64,000 bases of DNA, from contig OZ336872.1 of the NCBI GenBank assembly GCA_965287045.1, forward strand, positions 48,856,001 through 48,920,000, written 5' to 3'. Numbering within the stretch: position 1 is the stretch's first letter; every line of letters begins with the position of its first letter. Below the pieces are notes generated by a model. It was given only the letters and a program-made list of their open reading frames with translations. It did not search any database and was not told where the DNA came from. The DNA comes from Carcharhinus amblyrhynchos (lineage: Eukaryota). Positions 13,220 through 24,670 of this stretch are shown piece by piece. The translations under genes were made by a program, and so were the position numbers.

Positions 13220-13977
13220 TGATTTGCATATGCAGATTCAAAATAACAACAGGTGTATTGCAGGAGCTGCTGCCTGTGCAGAGTAGAAAACAATAAAAGG
13301 AGCCTGTGAAACACCCCAATTACATGACCATCAAATCATGTGAATGGCACTTAAAGCATTACTTAAATATATAAAAATTATGAAGTTGACTTGATTCAAA
13401 TCTGTACTTTGTTGAAAAATCTCTTTTGGTTTCAAAGAGAGAGAAATTCTCACTGATTTCTTACAGCGGTGATTCAAATGACTGCCATGTTCATTTTTCC
13501 TTCTCCTTTTGTCTGCTTGGCAGAACCTACTTTTAAAACTTCTGTCCATATGTTCCAGAAAAGAAATTTGATTAGCATGTCTTGCAGTCATTGTTACGGC
13601 CAAATGAATCCCTTTTTTATGATCTTTTCATGCCTGAGACTTTTCTATCTTGAAAAGTGTGAAATAAACATGAGGTGGGGTTATTGCATCCTCCACAGAT
13701 CGTTTTAAATGAGTAGTAGTTCCCATCGCCTTGATAGAAAGAAAGTTGACTAAAGTCCAGCACTTTGAATTTTTAATGCCTTCCTTTCAAGAGTTCCTGT
13801 GTTATATGGACATTGACAATACCGCCACTCTCCAGCCAGATGTGAAATTCTTATGGCTGTTTCCCAGAGAAGTGGTCAAATTACAGTATCCAATATCAGG
13901 TGACTGATGGCAATCTTTTTTTGATAAGTTTTTTTTTTAAAAAGCCTTCTTTAAATGTTTCAGTACATGCAAAGTTA

Positions 13978-14180
13978 GGTCCAAAGTATGCAAGTTAGGT
14001 GGGTTGACCATGTTAAATTGTCCTCTTGGGTGCTAAGATTAGATGGATTAGCCATGATCAATACATGAGGTTATAGGGATAGGACGGGGGAGTGAGCCTA
14101 GGTAGAATGCTCTTTCCAAGAGTAGGTGTAGACTCGATGGGCCAAATGGCCTCCTTCTGTAATGTTTTTATGGTTTCTAT
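13978..14180 (+). mobile_element. 5'-truncated HE1-type SINE
   Basis: GTCCAAAG...GTTAGG...GACTCGATGGGCCAAATGGCCTCCTTCTG tail. Confidence 0.8.
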
Positions 14181-14790
14181 ATCTTCAGTTAGCTGGTGAA
14201 GTTGTCGGTAGTTTTTATTCAATAACAGTTTCCTGACATTGCAATGTGGAAAAAAGCATTTGTACATATAACCTCACGCCAAAAACAAATAATTCCTTAA
14301 TGACCTCTTGGAGTTTGCGATCATAATGTTAACTTACAACAACCCCATAACCCACTGTGATGATAACTGTTGGGGAAGCAAACAGTAATATTGTGACAAT
14401 TACAGCACTGAAGGTTATGTCAATAAACATCTATCGAAACCGCAAGCACAAGCTTCTTTTTAAATCACAGAGACAGAAACTGGCAGGGGTTTTTCAAAAT
14501 TTAAAGTGCAAGGGTCTTAAATAACTTCACGATTTGACAGTTCCACAGACCTTCTCTGCCTTTTATGAACATTTATGGCTACTCTTGAAAAGAAATCATA
14601 AGTCACACATTGCAGGATAAGGTCCTTGCCCTGGTGACAAAAGGATATGATTGAACTCAACACTGAGTTCCAATAGCCCTACTGAGTTTGGAATTCCCTA
14701 CATTTGAGTTACATTGTGTCTCCATTCCCTTATTAGGAAAAATACTATAGTGCTAATACACTATAATACAGTGCTAACCACTGTGCTACT

Positions 14791-15106
14791 GGGCGGCACG
14801 GTAGCACAGTGGTTAGCACTGCTGCTTCACAGCTCCAGGGTCCTGGGTTCGATTCCTGGCTCGGGTCACTGTCTGCGTGGGTTTCCTCCGGGTACTCTGG
14901 TTTCCTCCCACAGTCCAAAGATGTGCAGGTTAGGTTGATTGGCCATGCTAAGGAATTGTCCCTTCGTGTCCAGGGATGCGTAGGTTAGAGGGATTAGTGG
15001 GTATAATATGTAGGGATATGGGGATACGGCCTGGGTGGGACTGTGCTTGGTGCAGACTCGATGGGCTGTAGGGCTTCTTTCTGCACTGTAGGGTTCTATG
15101 ATTCTA
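14791..15106 (+). mobile_element. HE1-type V-SINE, relatively young
   Basis: Head GGGCGGCACGGTAGCACAGTGGTTAGCACTGCTGCTTCACAGCTCCAGGGTCCTGGGTTCGATTCC, V core and TTCTATGATTCTA tail; CpGs retained. Confidence 0.92.
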
Positions 15107-16020
15107 CAAAAAATATGATCTGTCTGAATTGGGACAGGACTTTCAGATCTGGGGTCCTAATGCCATTTTGGATAAGGTGCAGAATGTCCATGGCACCATA
15201 CAAATCTAGGCCACTGAGTCCCTAATCTCAGGTATGAACTGAGGAAAGCTAACAGTACCAATCGGAATTTACCCACAAGGAATGTGAATCACCAAGACAG
15301 ATTGTCAACTAAATCATTTCAGGTGGATGTGCTTATAGACTTTGGTCTGAAATATTCTTGACAATTTTGTTGTATGATTTCCAACTGCACAGTTTAGTGA
15401 GAGTGTTTCCATCCTCCCCCTATCTCCAATGTCTATATAAGTAATTGCCATCATCGTGTGAGGCAGGTCCTTGGCTCATTGTCTGCTTATGTTTCAGCCT
15501 GAGCTGTTCTCTTGGCAGATTTTGTCAGTTGTGGTTTGCCAGTGCCTTCCCTTCAGAATAGGATAATGAGGCAAGTCCGTGTCTCGCTCAGCCAAAACAG
15601 GGAATAAACCTGCGTTGTTGGCTTCATTCTTAGCATCGCATTGGCCATCTGAGCAAATCCGTTCTGTATATGGGTAAGAAATGTAAGTATTCAAAGAAAA
15701 CGGGGATAAAAAAACCACCCACACAATTAATTTTTTAATGCCGCTATGATTTTTCTCCTGGTTTGCTCACAGCAGCAGCCTGGAGATTAATTTTTAATCG
15801 TTGGAAACTCCAGAACAATCCTGTGTGAGTTGCAAGGCCTAAGAATGGTATTGGCAAATTGTTGCACGAAGAAGTCTCCTATTGTGTCCCGGCCATTGTT
15901 GGATGAGAGCCAAATAAGCAGAAAGGAAGTTAAAACTCAAAATATGGCTGCAAGAAATGCAAATGCACATTTTGTTAAGTTAGTCAAGCTCTGCTTGACC
16001 TCCATAATATTCATGGACAG

Positions 16021-16325
16021 AGGCAACGCAGTGGTTAGCACTGCTGCCCTGACAATGTCAGAGATACAGGCTACGTTCTCGGCTTGGGTAACTGTTTGTG
16101 TGGAGTCTGCATGTTCTCTCCGTGTCTGCATGAGTTTCCGCCGGGTGCTCAGGTTTCCTCCCGTAGTCCAAAAGATGTGCTGGTTAGGTGCATTGGCCGT
16201 GCTAAATTCTCCCTCCGTGTACCCGACCAGACAGTGATTAGCTCCGGGGGAGGGGGGTGGAATTTCACTGTAACTTCATTGCATTGTTAATGTAAGCCTA
16301 CTTGTGACTAATAAATAAACTTTTA
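16021..16325 (+). mobile_element. V-SINE with alternative tail (same subfamily as 236-517)
   Basis: Head and V core as in HE1; tail GTAACTTCATTGCATTGTTAATGTAAGCCTACTTGTGACTAATAAATAAAC. Confidence 0.88.
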
Positions 16326-17364
16326 ACCTGGATTTAAGACAAGTGTCATGCATCACAGGTCGAATAATTAGTATTGGTTGCCATGTGTGGAAATGGGGAG
16401 AAAATAGAAGGGCAGAAAGTAATTAGGGAAATGAGAAGATCTGAATGGCTGCCACATTCAAAATGATGATAAAACCTATTTTAATGATTCTTGCCCTGCT
16501 GTTACCAATTTACAAAGGGCCTAAAAACAGGCGCAGATTTTAAGCTCAAAATGTAGATTCATCAGTTGCTTGTAACCTCAGCATAACCAGACTGATCGAC
16601 GTAAGACTTTGTAAAAGCTGTTTCTAAATCTGCTGAACAAGTTTACAGATATGTACTTCTCACTCACATTGCGATCAAAAATGGGAAATAGCTGAAGGAT
16701 GAAAATGAAAAATTACATAAATGCCATGGATTTAAAAAGGTCATTATGAATATCTCCGTCTTTGCGGTGTTAGTTTTAAGTTGCTGCACACATTATATTT
16801 GCTGTGAGCTTTTTTACCGTAAGTCATTTTATTAATTGAATCCAGCATCATTAAAACGTAAGATTCTGACCCTCATTTCTCCTTTCAGCCTGTGAAAGAC
16901 TTTCAGCCAAAAGAAAACTACAGAAGAATTTCTGCAGTGCAGTGAAAGATTCAGGGGACAGCATTTTCTCCATAGCCGCCACCACCTACCCCAAGCCCCC
17001 ACCCCAAACCCTATCAATCTACAAGCTTTTCAAATCAGTTACCTTTCTTTCCCTCTCTATAATCTCCGGATGTGAGCAGTTTGATCTTTGGGCGCTTTTA
17101 AGATAAGGAGGACAGACTTCAGCGAGGACTCAGTGGGTCTCAGCTCTAACCTTCGATTCTGCCCGCACATTTCCCGGAACTCATTAACCAAACGCTTAAC
17201 AGGAAAATCGAACTGAAGGATTCCTTCGTCCCCCATTTCCCACCCCCTCAACTCTTTGCCCTACCAATTTCTCCCCAGTTACAGCATTCCCCCCCCACCA
17301 CCCCGTTGTATGCACAGCAAGCTTTGCAGATGGGCTTTTGCTTGTCTGAATGTTTTGTGATCGA

Positions 17365-17786
17365 CAGCTGGCATCCACCAATCCAGTGCTTGGAGTTAGC
17401 TCATTGCTGTATTATAGTACCAGGTGCTAACGCTACCAGAAGCAGTGGAGGAAGCCGGTGCTGGGGAGAGTTGATCCTCTGAGGTGGTGGAAACCTCGTG
17501 TGCTTTTGCAGTCAGCAGAGATTTTACAGAAATGCCATTAAAGAATTTGAATTTTTAGTTTATCTTTTGTTGTTGGAAGAAATGCTACTGTAAACCTGAA
17601 GAGAGAGAGAGATAAGGACACAGAGAGTGAGAGAAAAGGAGACTGTTGAGTATTTGCAATTAACTAAATGAGTCCTTCACAGTGACTGCACACAACACTG
17701 CTGAGTGCCCCAAATCGCCGTGAAGCAGTTTCCAGTCAGAATTTAACCTGCAGCTGGATACAACACTTCAATTTACTTGGGTAAGG
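17365..17786 (+). promoter_or_regulatory. LRRN1: Putative LRRN1 promoter and non-coding exon 1, with splice donor TGG|GTAAGG at 17780/17781
   Basis: E-box CAGCTG at 17365, CCAAT at 17378, TATA-like TATTATAG at 17410, a GA-rich leader, then a strong donor. It lies in a TE-free, locally CpG-richer block. Vertebrate LRRN1 is known to have a non-coding first exon and a long intron. The assignment is inferred without RNA data. Confidence 0.5.
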
Positions 17787-18584
17787 CTCTGCTATTTTTA
17801 TTCTCTCTCTCTTTCTCATGCATGCGTTAGCTGTGTAATTCCTCAAGCAATTATTAATTTGACCACAGTTTGTTTTCAAGTTGAAATGATTGTCTGCTAA
17901 GCAGAGGCATGTCTCACCCCCACTAATCTCTGATTTACATTTAAATGCGACTGCATTCTGGAAGGAGCTTTCCTTCCTTTATTCACACTCAGGAATCTAA
18001 GGAGACAATAGGCCCTGAAGAAGCAAAGTGAAAAGCTCAGCATGGGCCCTATGTTTCTAAGATCATAGAGTCCGCTGTCACCTCTGAAGCTGATGAAGGG
18101 GCTGGGAAGAGCCCTTCACCTTCGCCTCTGTCTATCGCACTCTTGAAAGGCATCACCCTCTGCCCCTCGTCCCAGCAGCACACAAGAGCGGTTCCCAGAC
18201 AAAAGGCTGCGAGCAAGTTGTGGTGTATGAGAGCGCGTGTGAATCTGGCCATTAACTATAGCTGTCAGTGTTTGCTTGGGGCTGTGTGACAGGGTCCCAG
18301 ACCTCATGGTATAAAGCCGATGAATGAACTATTCACATGGAAGGCATAATCCTCCCGTTTCCCCCGCCCTCCCCCCCCATTCCTAGGAAGGTATTATTCA
18401 AGGAAGCAGCCAAACACTGAAAGGAGTCTGAGCTGCCAAATGAGGGATAGTCTAAAGGTATGCAAACAAGGCAAGCAGCTGCTGGCGTGCTCTGTATTTA
18501 GAGTATACGAATGTTGCTCTGCTTCACTTTGTGCTTCCTTGCTTCTCATTCCCCTTGGCAGCTGTTTCTTTTTGGGAAGGTAAA

Positions 18585-18622
18585 GGGAGGGGGGGGGGGG
18601 GGGGGGGCGGCGTGGGTGCGGG
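18585..18622 (+). repeat. G19 run and G-rich tract (G-quadruplex potential)
   Basis: GGGA, then 19 G at 18589-18607, then CGGCGTGGGTGCGGG. Confidence 0.8.
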
Positions 18623-21285
18623 AGAAGGGATAATTTGCTGACTCTACAAAACAATCGGCATTCTTCTTTTCAAATGTGTCTTCTCTTTCTTGCGCGCTCT
18701 CTCTCTCTCTTCCCTGCCCCCAAGTTCAGTCTTTTAGCTCCTGATCTTTCCTTTGGTAGGAAAATGTTAAGGTGAGACAGGTTACGTATCGTGTGATGAG
18801 AATCCTATAACTTTTCTTTCGGATAATAACGTCAAGAATTTCTTACAAAGGAAATTTTCAAACAATATATCAATTTACAACGTCTGAGCTTCTGGAGAAA
18901 TGTGCATTGTAATATTTAATGAGTTTTCTTACTTTATTGAATGACCCATTCTTACGGTACGCTTTCATTCAGAGTGCAGGAATATTGTTACTTCAATTTT
19001 AAACTAAGATTTTTGTAATTGTCTCTGTGTTTGCCTGATTAATTTCACAAATCCCCTTGCCTTTGGAAATGCTTAAAATACAGGCAAGTGACTTGAATCA
19101 CCTTCTCAGATATACGCGTAATCATTTGTTAATATCTGAAAGCGTTTGACAAAGGAACAGTAGAAACATAAACCAGTAGACAGTGTTTCGGGCAGTCGTC
19201 TTTTGGAGCACAAGAATTAAACCCCAGTGTCTGTGTGTATGAGAGTATCGCTGGAGCTAATGATATTTAATTAGCACAATTTATTGAGCAGTTTAGCATT
19301 TATGAATATGTAAATTTATGAAAAGATATGCAGAATGTCGATCTTCAGTTATTTATGTGCAGTTTTGCATGGGAAGCAGCTACTTAAATGATTTTGTTCT
19401 GCAATTCTCCCACATCTTCGTGGAAGTAAATGAGTTGAGTTGTTTCAGTTTATTGTACTACTTTCTAAATTGTGAGGATTCTATCTCCCTTTTGATAATG
19501 TTGTTATAAGGCACGCACTAAGTTTGTGTGCACTCGTCTTACCGATCTTAAGTGACAGCTTTGAAAATGAATGATCGTGTCAAATCGTAGTTAATTATAT
19601 GCATTCTTCTTTTCAACTAGTTTGTTTATTTTTTAATCCAGTGACTGAACCGCCTCTCAATTCTTAAAGGGTTAATTGGAGTAAAGCCATTGGAGTTTAA
19701 CTGGTTTCCACTTCCAGTTAATAGTCCCGATTAAAAATTCCTTGTACTGTCCACACTTTGGCAGTTTGAGAGTATCAGTGCTGAGCTTTTAAGAACTCGC
19801 ATTTCAGATTTTCTTCAGTATGAATAACTTTGTAACCTGCCGCCAGCACTAGTCTATTTACTATCCATGGAATAGGAGATTCAGATGACGAATTGCAAAC
19901 AACGAGTTACAAGGAAAATGAATGAATGAAGGAAGTTTGAAAACGTATGGGACAAGTTTTATATCTTGCCTTAAGTCTTCTATCTGGCAAAGGTGCTTGG
20001 GGCATCACTTCACACAAGCTTGTGAGCATGGGTGGACTGTGGTGATGTAATTGGTGACATTGCCGTCCACTGCAGCATGTACTGCTCAAAATTATTTATC
20101 AATAATTCTTCTGTACAGCATAGAAATGAAGCCCTTGTTAAAGTTTAGCCAGTGAATGTGGCTTACACATTGGCACCCTGAGAAAGTACTGAGGTAGCAC
20201 AAAAGTAATTTGTCTTTGTGCCAACCAAGCTGTTCAAAAAAGCAAGTTGGTTCAAGTATGCTACAAAGCTACACTGGCCTGATTGGTCAGCACGTTGGTG
20301 CCATGTTGAGGAGCTGCGGTACTCTTGGGTACAGGGCATCAGTTTGTTCATTTTTGACTTTACTGTTCTGTAATGTTTCATGGTATTGAATAAATATTAG
20401 AGGCTATTTGAATTGCTTCTAACTGGTGTTCTGTATTAGTGCTGTAAAAGTTTCAGCAGGGGATAGGGAATGGAAGTTGAATGAGGCTTGCATACAAAGG
20501 ACAGAGGCATCGTTAGCACACTAATATTATCAGATTCAATTTCACAAAGTAGCTTGCAGTATGTTGTTGTCCTGTCACCCAATTACAATACTAACTAGCA
20601 CCAAATTAATCTTGCATCTCACTCTTACAATAATTTTTCTGCCTCTCTCTCTTCCACACTCCCCCCCCACCCCCGAGCACAGAAATTTGCAACAATGCAC
20701 ATAGCCTTTGCTTTGGGAAGTTGCAGAGTAAGCTCATTTTTCCACTGTGCGCATTAAGTCAAATTTAACCCCATCCTGGGGTCATGTGCTTGTGCTGTGA
20801 ACACCAAAGCTTGGGTGGATTATGTAGTCACAAGACAGATGAGGTTAAGGGAGGCCATTAGAACAATGTCGATTACCAAACTCAAAATATGTCTCTCGCC
20901 CTCTTTCTCATTATTTATACATATCCCACCCAATGACCTTTTTTTTGTGTGTGAAGAACTTCTAGGCAATGGTACAAACTGTTCTGTTTTATTTTTGAAC
21001 CTGTGATGTCTTATTTAACTGTCAGTATGAATTACTTTGTGAATAATGATGAAAAGATGTGGTTTTAATTGTTCTTCATCCAGTCCACAATCACTATTTT
21101 AGAGTTCATCTGGATGGCCTGATTTTTAACTCTTAAGTGGGTTAAATCTCACTCTTTCCTCATCAAAGTATAAAATGTAGATCTAACTATGCCAATAACA
21201 GAGGCATACAGTGTTTGGGTAAAAAAGAAAACACCTTTTCATATTTGTAGTACAGTGGAGGGAGCAGATTGAACTGTAGATGGAA

Positions 21286-21299
21286 GTTACCATGGAGAC
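21286..21299. promoter_or_regulatory. RFX X-box motif in intron 1
   Basis: GTTACCATGGAGAC (reverse complement GTCTCCATGGTAAC) fits the palindromic X-box GTTGCCATGGCAAC and lies in the TE-free block. Confidence 0.45.
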
Positions 21300-23022
21300 C
21301 TCAGTCAAACACTCCCACCCCCAATTCTGCTGATTTCCAATTCCTATGAGGGTCCTAAGGAAAGTGCCAGGCACTTTCTCAGAGGAAAGGAAAATAGAGA
21401 ATCATTCATTCTTGATCTGTTCTTCAGCACTGGTCAAAAACAAGGTTAGTAGAAATGCAGGAGTTTGTCATCAATCCCCAACTGTAGTGAGGGTGATCTG
21501 ACCTATGATCTGGATAAACAAGGCCGGTTTTTAATTAAGAAATTAACTAGGCAAAAAGCCTGTAGCAATGGATATCAACAAATTTACAAACAGAAGAACA
21601 TAATGTAAATTGGATGACCACAATCTTCTCTGCCTGTATGTTGATTTGTGGGAGGAAAGGAAGACTTGAGTAGAAAACAGGATTATTTTGCTTTCTCTAC
21701 ATAAAATATACTCTTAATTCTGACCAATTCTATCAAAGAAGGTTCACTGTAAATGGAAGACATAGTGTTTTTAGTTAATAGTGTGGGGTGTGCAAGCTCT
21801 GCGGCATGCGTTAGTTAGATAGTTTGATACTGTTTGATTTAATAAAAACTGCTCAGTTGACTATTAGAAATGATTGCTGCATCCAAAGCATTCAGTAGTT
21901 AGAATTCTCTTAATGCGCCCCCTCATCAATTCTTTTCTTTGAAATGTCTCAAATCCCATCCAGTTCTTGTTTTTTTTCAACTGACTTTTTAATCTGAAAT
22001 GCTGTTTGAGTTCATTTCATTAATTGACTGCATTAATTAGCCAAAAAGCTGTTCCAGTGTCGGCATTGAATGCAACAGTGAACAAAGACCTCACAATCCA
22101 TGCGTCTGGTTGTCCTGGCAGACATGTGAACTGTGCAGATGTCTCCTCGTTTGTTCCCAAGCTGGACAGTGGTGGCATTTATAGGGCTCCATGGTGATGA
22201 GGTAAAATGCAGACACGATGCTTGAACTCATTTCAAAGTTGCACTGCATTAATCAGAATTTGACTCTGTGGTGTACACATGCCCTGGTGAAGAATAGGCT
22301 TCCTTATCTTTTAATTTAACTTTTAAAATGACTGACACACTGTTCTAAAGTCTGGTATATCTGGAGCAGATTAAGACGATTCATTTGCTTTGCTATTCGT
22401 GCTAGTACTCTTTCCATCTCAAACTTCAGTAATCCCCTTCGCAATAATCTGCTTGTCTAGTTCAGAAACAGTGAACACAAACACACATCTGTAACTGGGC
22501 TGATTCCAGGAGCATTTTGTTTCTATTTAATGGAGTAAACTAAAATGTATTTCTTTCAATCACAGGACACAATACTGTTCCTGTTCTTTTCTGCCTATTT
22601 TTAGCTGAGGTCCAGGAAAGATGTGTGCCTACAATGGGACTGCCTTGTTACCTTAGCTGCTCAGTTTTCTTTGAATGTCATTCTGAGGCGAATAAATGAT
22701 ATTGCAGATTAGAATTTGCACAAACCACACTCACCTTAAAAGTTTGTGACAATCTAGATGCAATGTCAGTACAAACTGGTGGAAAATTCTGAACAGAGTC
22801 CCCACCACCTATCCAGGCTGCCATTATTTCTTCCTCTGTCCACAGACTCGCCTCTCATTACCTGCTGCACCTTCCTGTCAACTTTCCCCCATACCTTTGG
22901 CAGGAGTTTGCTGGAGACACCTTTTTACGTGTGTTGAGTCCTCTGCCAAGTTACAGTGCACTAAAGCTCTGTGGAAATTCCTGACAAGAAAATCTAAAAA
23001 CAATTGAGAATAACAAGCATAA

Positions 23023-23333
23023 ATGGCACAATCGTTAGCACTGCTACCTCAGTGTCAGGGATCTGAGTTCAATTCTGGCCTTGGGTGTCTGTCTGTGTGG
23101 AGTTGACACGTTCTTCCCATGTCTGCATGGGTTTCCTCTGGGTGCTCTGGTTTCTTCTTGCACTCCAACGATGTGTGGATTAGGCTGATTGGCCATGTTA
23201 AATTGCCCCTTGGTATAGGGAGCAGGGTAAATATGTGGGATTATGGGGATAAAGCCTAGGTGGGATTGTTGTTGGTGTAGGCTTGACAGGCTAAATGGCT
23301 GCCTTCTGCATTGTAGGAATTCTATGATTCTAT
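23023..23333 (+). mobile_element. HE1-type V-SINE
   Basis: Head, V core and ATTCTATGATTCTAT tail. Confidence 0.9.
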
Positions 23334-24339
23334 AAACAAAAAGGGAGGTTGTAGAGAAACATTATGTACATGCTGTCATGATCTGAAGTTATTTAAATCT
23401 TCAGACCTTGCATGATAAAAAAAGCTGGGCTGCAATTGTCAGCTACAGTAAAATAAAAGTAGAGAACCACTGCTGGAGTGTCTTGGTTAACAGGCTATCT
23501 AGTGTAGCTTAGTAAAACAAAGCATTAGCTACTTGTTCCCACAATTTCAATATTTTTCATTCGTAAAATTTTAAGTGTTGTATTAGAGCCCATTATTAAT
23601 TCCTGGCTGAGTTTCAAAAGTTCCAAAACCATTTATTGTGCCAAAGGGAACTGACTCAACGTTTTGATCAACAGTTTCAGGAGGCTATTAAAGGGATTAG
23701 CTGCTTTGATGTGGTTAGTGAATAGAAGTTTACTTTTACAACAGATAGCCACTTGAGGGGATTTAAATTTTGCATGCGTTTCATGAATAGGAGGCTTTTT
23801 TTTTGTTCACTATCATGTATGAGTGAGAGCTTTCTTAGGCTGTTTAATTATTTCATCTCCACATTGCTCCTGAGATCCGCCGATTGTAGACACTGAGCGG
23901 ATGTAGGGGTGGCATAGTACTGGGGAAAATGGAGTTGATTTGCGCATACAAAGGAGCTTGGGGGTCTGACATAGGGGTGCACAAGGAAATGGGGATTTGA
24001 CAGGGACATGATGAATGATAAGAGTGAGAAGCCATACACCTGTCTGTACAACCAGGGTAACGTTTCAGAGAACTAAAGCAAGCCTCCTAACCAGTCTGCT
24101 GTGGCACTTATTTGCCTCTGTGTCTACCTACAAAGGTGGCGAGCCTGACTCCATTCCCCTTGATCCCCTGGAGTGAAATAGCATGCAGTGGTTATCTCCA
24201 TGGAAATGCGTCTGCTGAATCAAGATATTTCCTGACTTGAACTTCCAGCATCAATGGCAAAAGTCCAGTCCTCTGTTTATTTTTGGTTAGTATCCCTCAG
24301 ATATGTTACAAAAGATTTGGCATACAAATAATTATTATG

Positions 24340-24670
24340 TGGCAATATTTTCATGTAAGATCCCACAAACAATCCCTGAGATAAATTGCACCTAATCTGG
24401 CTCTGGTAGTGGTTGAGGTAATGATGTTGGTCATCGCAATGTGACAACTCCCTGCCCATCTTTAATTAACACTGTGGGATCTTTAACATTCACCTGAACC
24501 AGCAGTGCACAATAATGGGCTACAGGTGAATACCATGTGCCCACGAGTGGCACCTTTGCCAATGCAGCATTCCTCCAGATCTGAGCTGGAATGATTGTAC
24601 TCAAGTCCTGGGGTGGCAATCTGAACCCAGAAATTTCTAACTAAATATGACTGCATTATCAATTTGAACC
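24340..24670 (-). mobile_element. Old Deu-domain SINE (SacSINE1/AmnSINE1-like)
   Basis: Reverse complement contains CAGGTGAATGTTAAAGATCCCACAG, GGGCAGGGAGTTG and TTGTTTGTGGGATCTT, matching the Deu domain; tRNA-like head near 24600-24670. Confidence 0.65.

Larger units (their letters stand above)
7225..13324 (-). mobile_element. Decayed Ty3/Gypsy LTR retrotransposon (gag-pol ~8100-11720) with nested SINEs and MITEs
   Basis: Minus-strand motifs in Gypsy order: gag LVCGLQNEAIESRLFTE with Cys/His knuckle remnants; protease MEVDTGAAVSLI (~11130-11157); RT WATPIIPVMKSNGSVHICSDFK and CYLDD (~10320); RNase H ESNYAQLGKEAL; integrase LHEGYPAIIQMKALAHSYFWWPGLD, YAGPLESYMFFII..AHSEWLEV, IISDNGSQ and KTGPISY. 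Many stops. Candidate LTR starts at 7225 and 12173; outer boundaries are uncertain. Confidence 0.9.

Noticed and set aside
14791-14865. tRNA gene (also the heads at 16021, 34939, 43396 and 46803)
   Set aside because: The A and B boxes run directly into SINE bodies and tails; these are tRNA-derived SINE heads.
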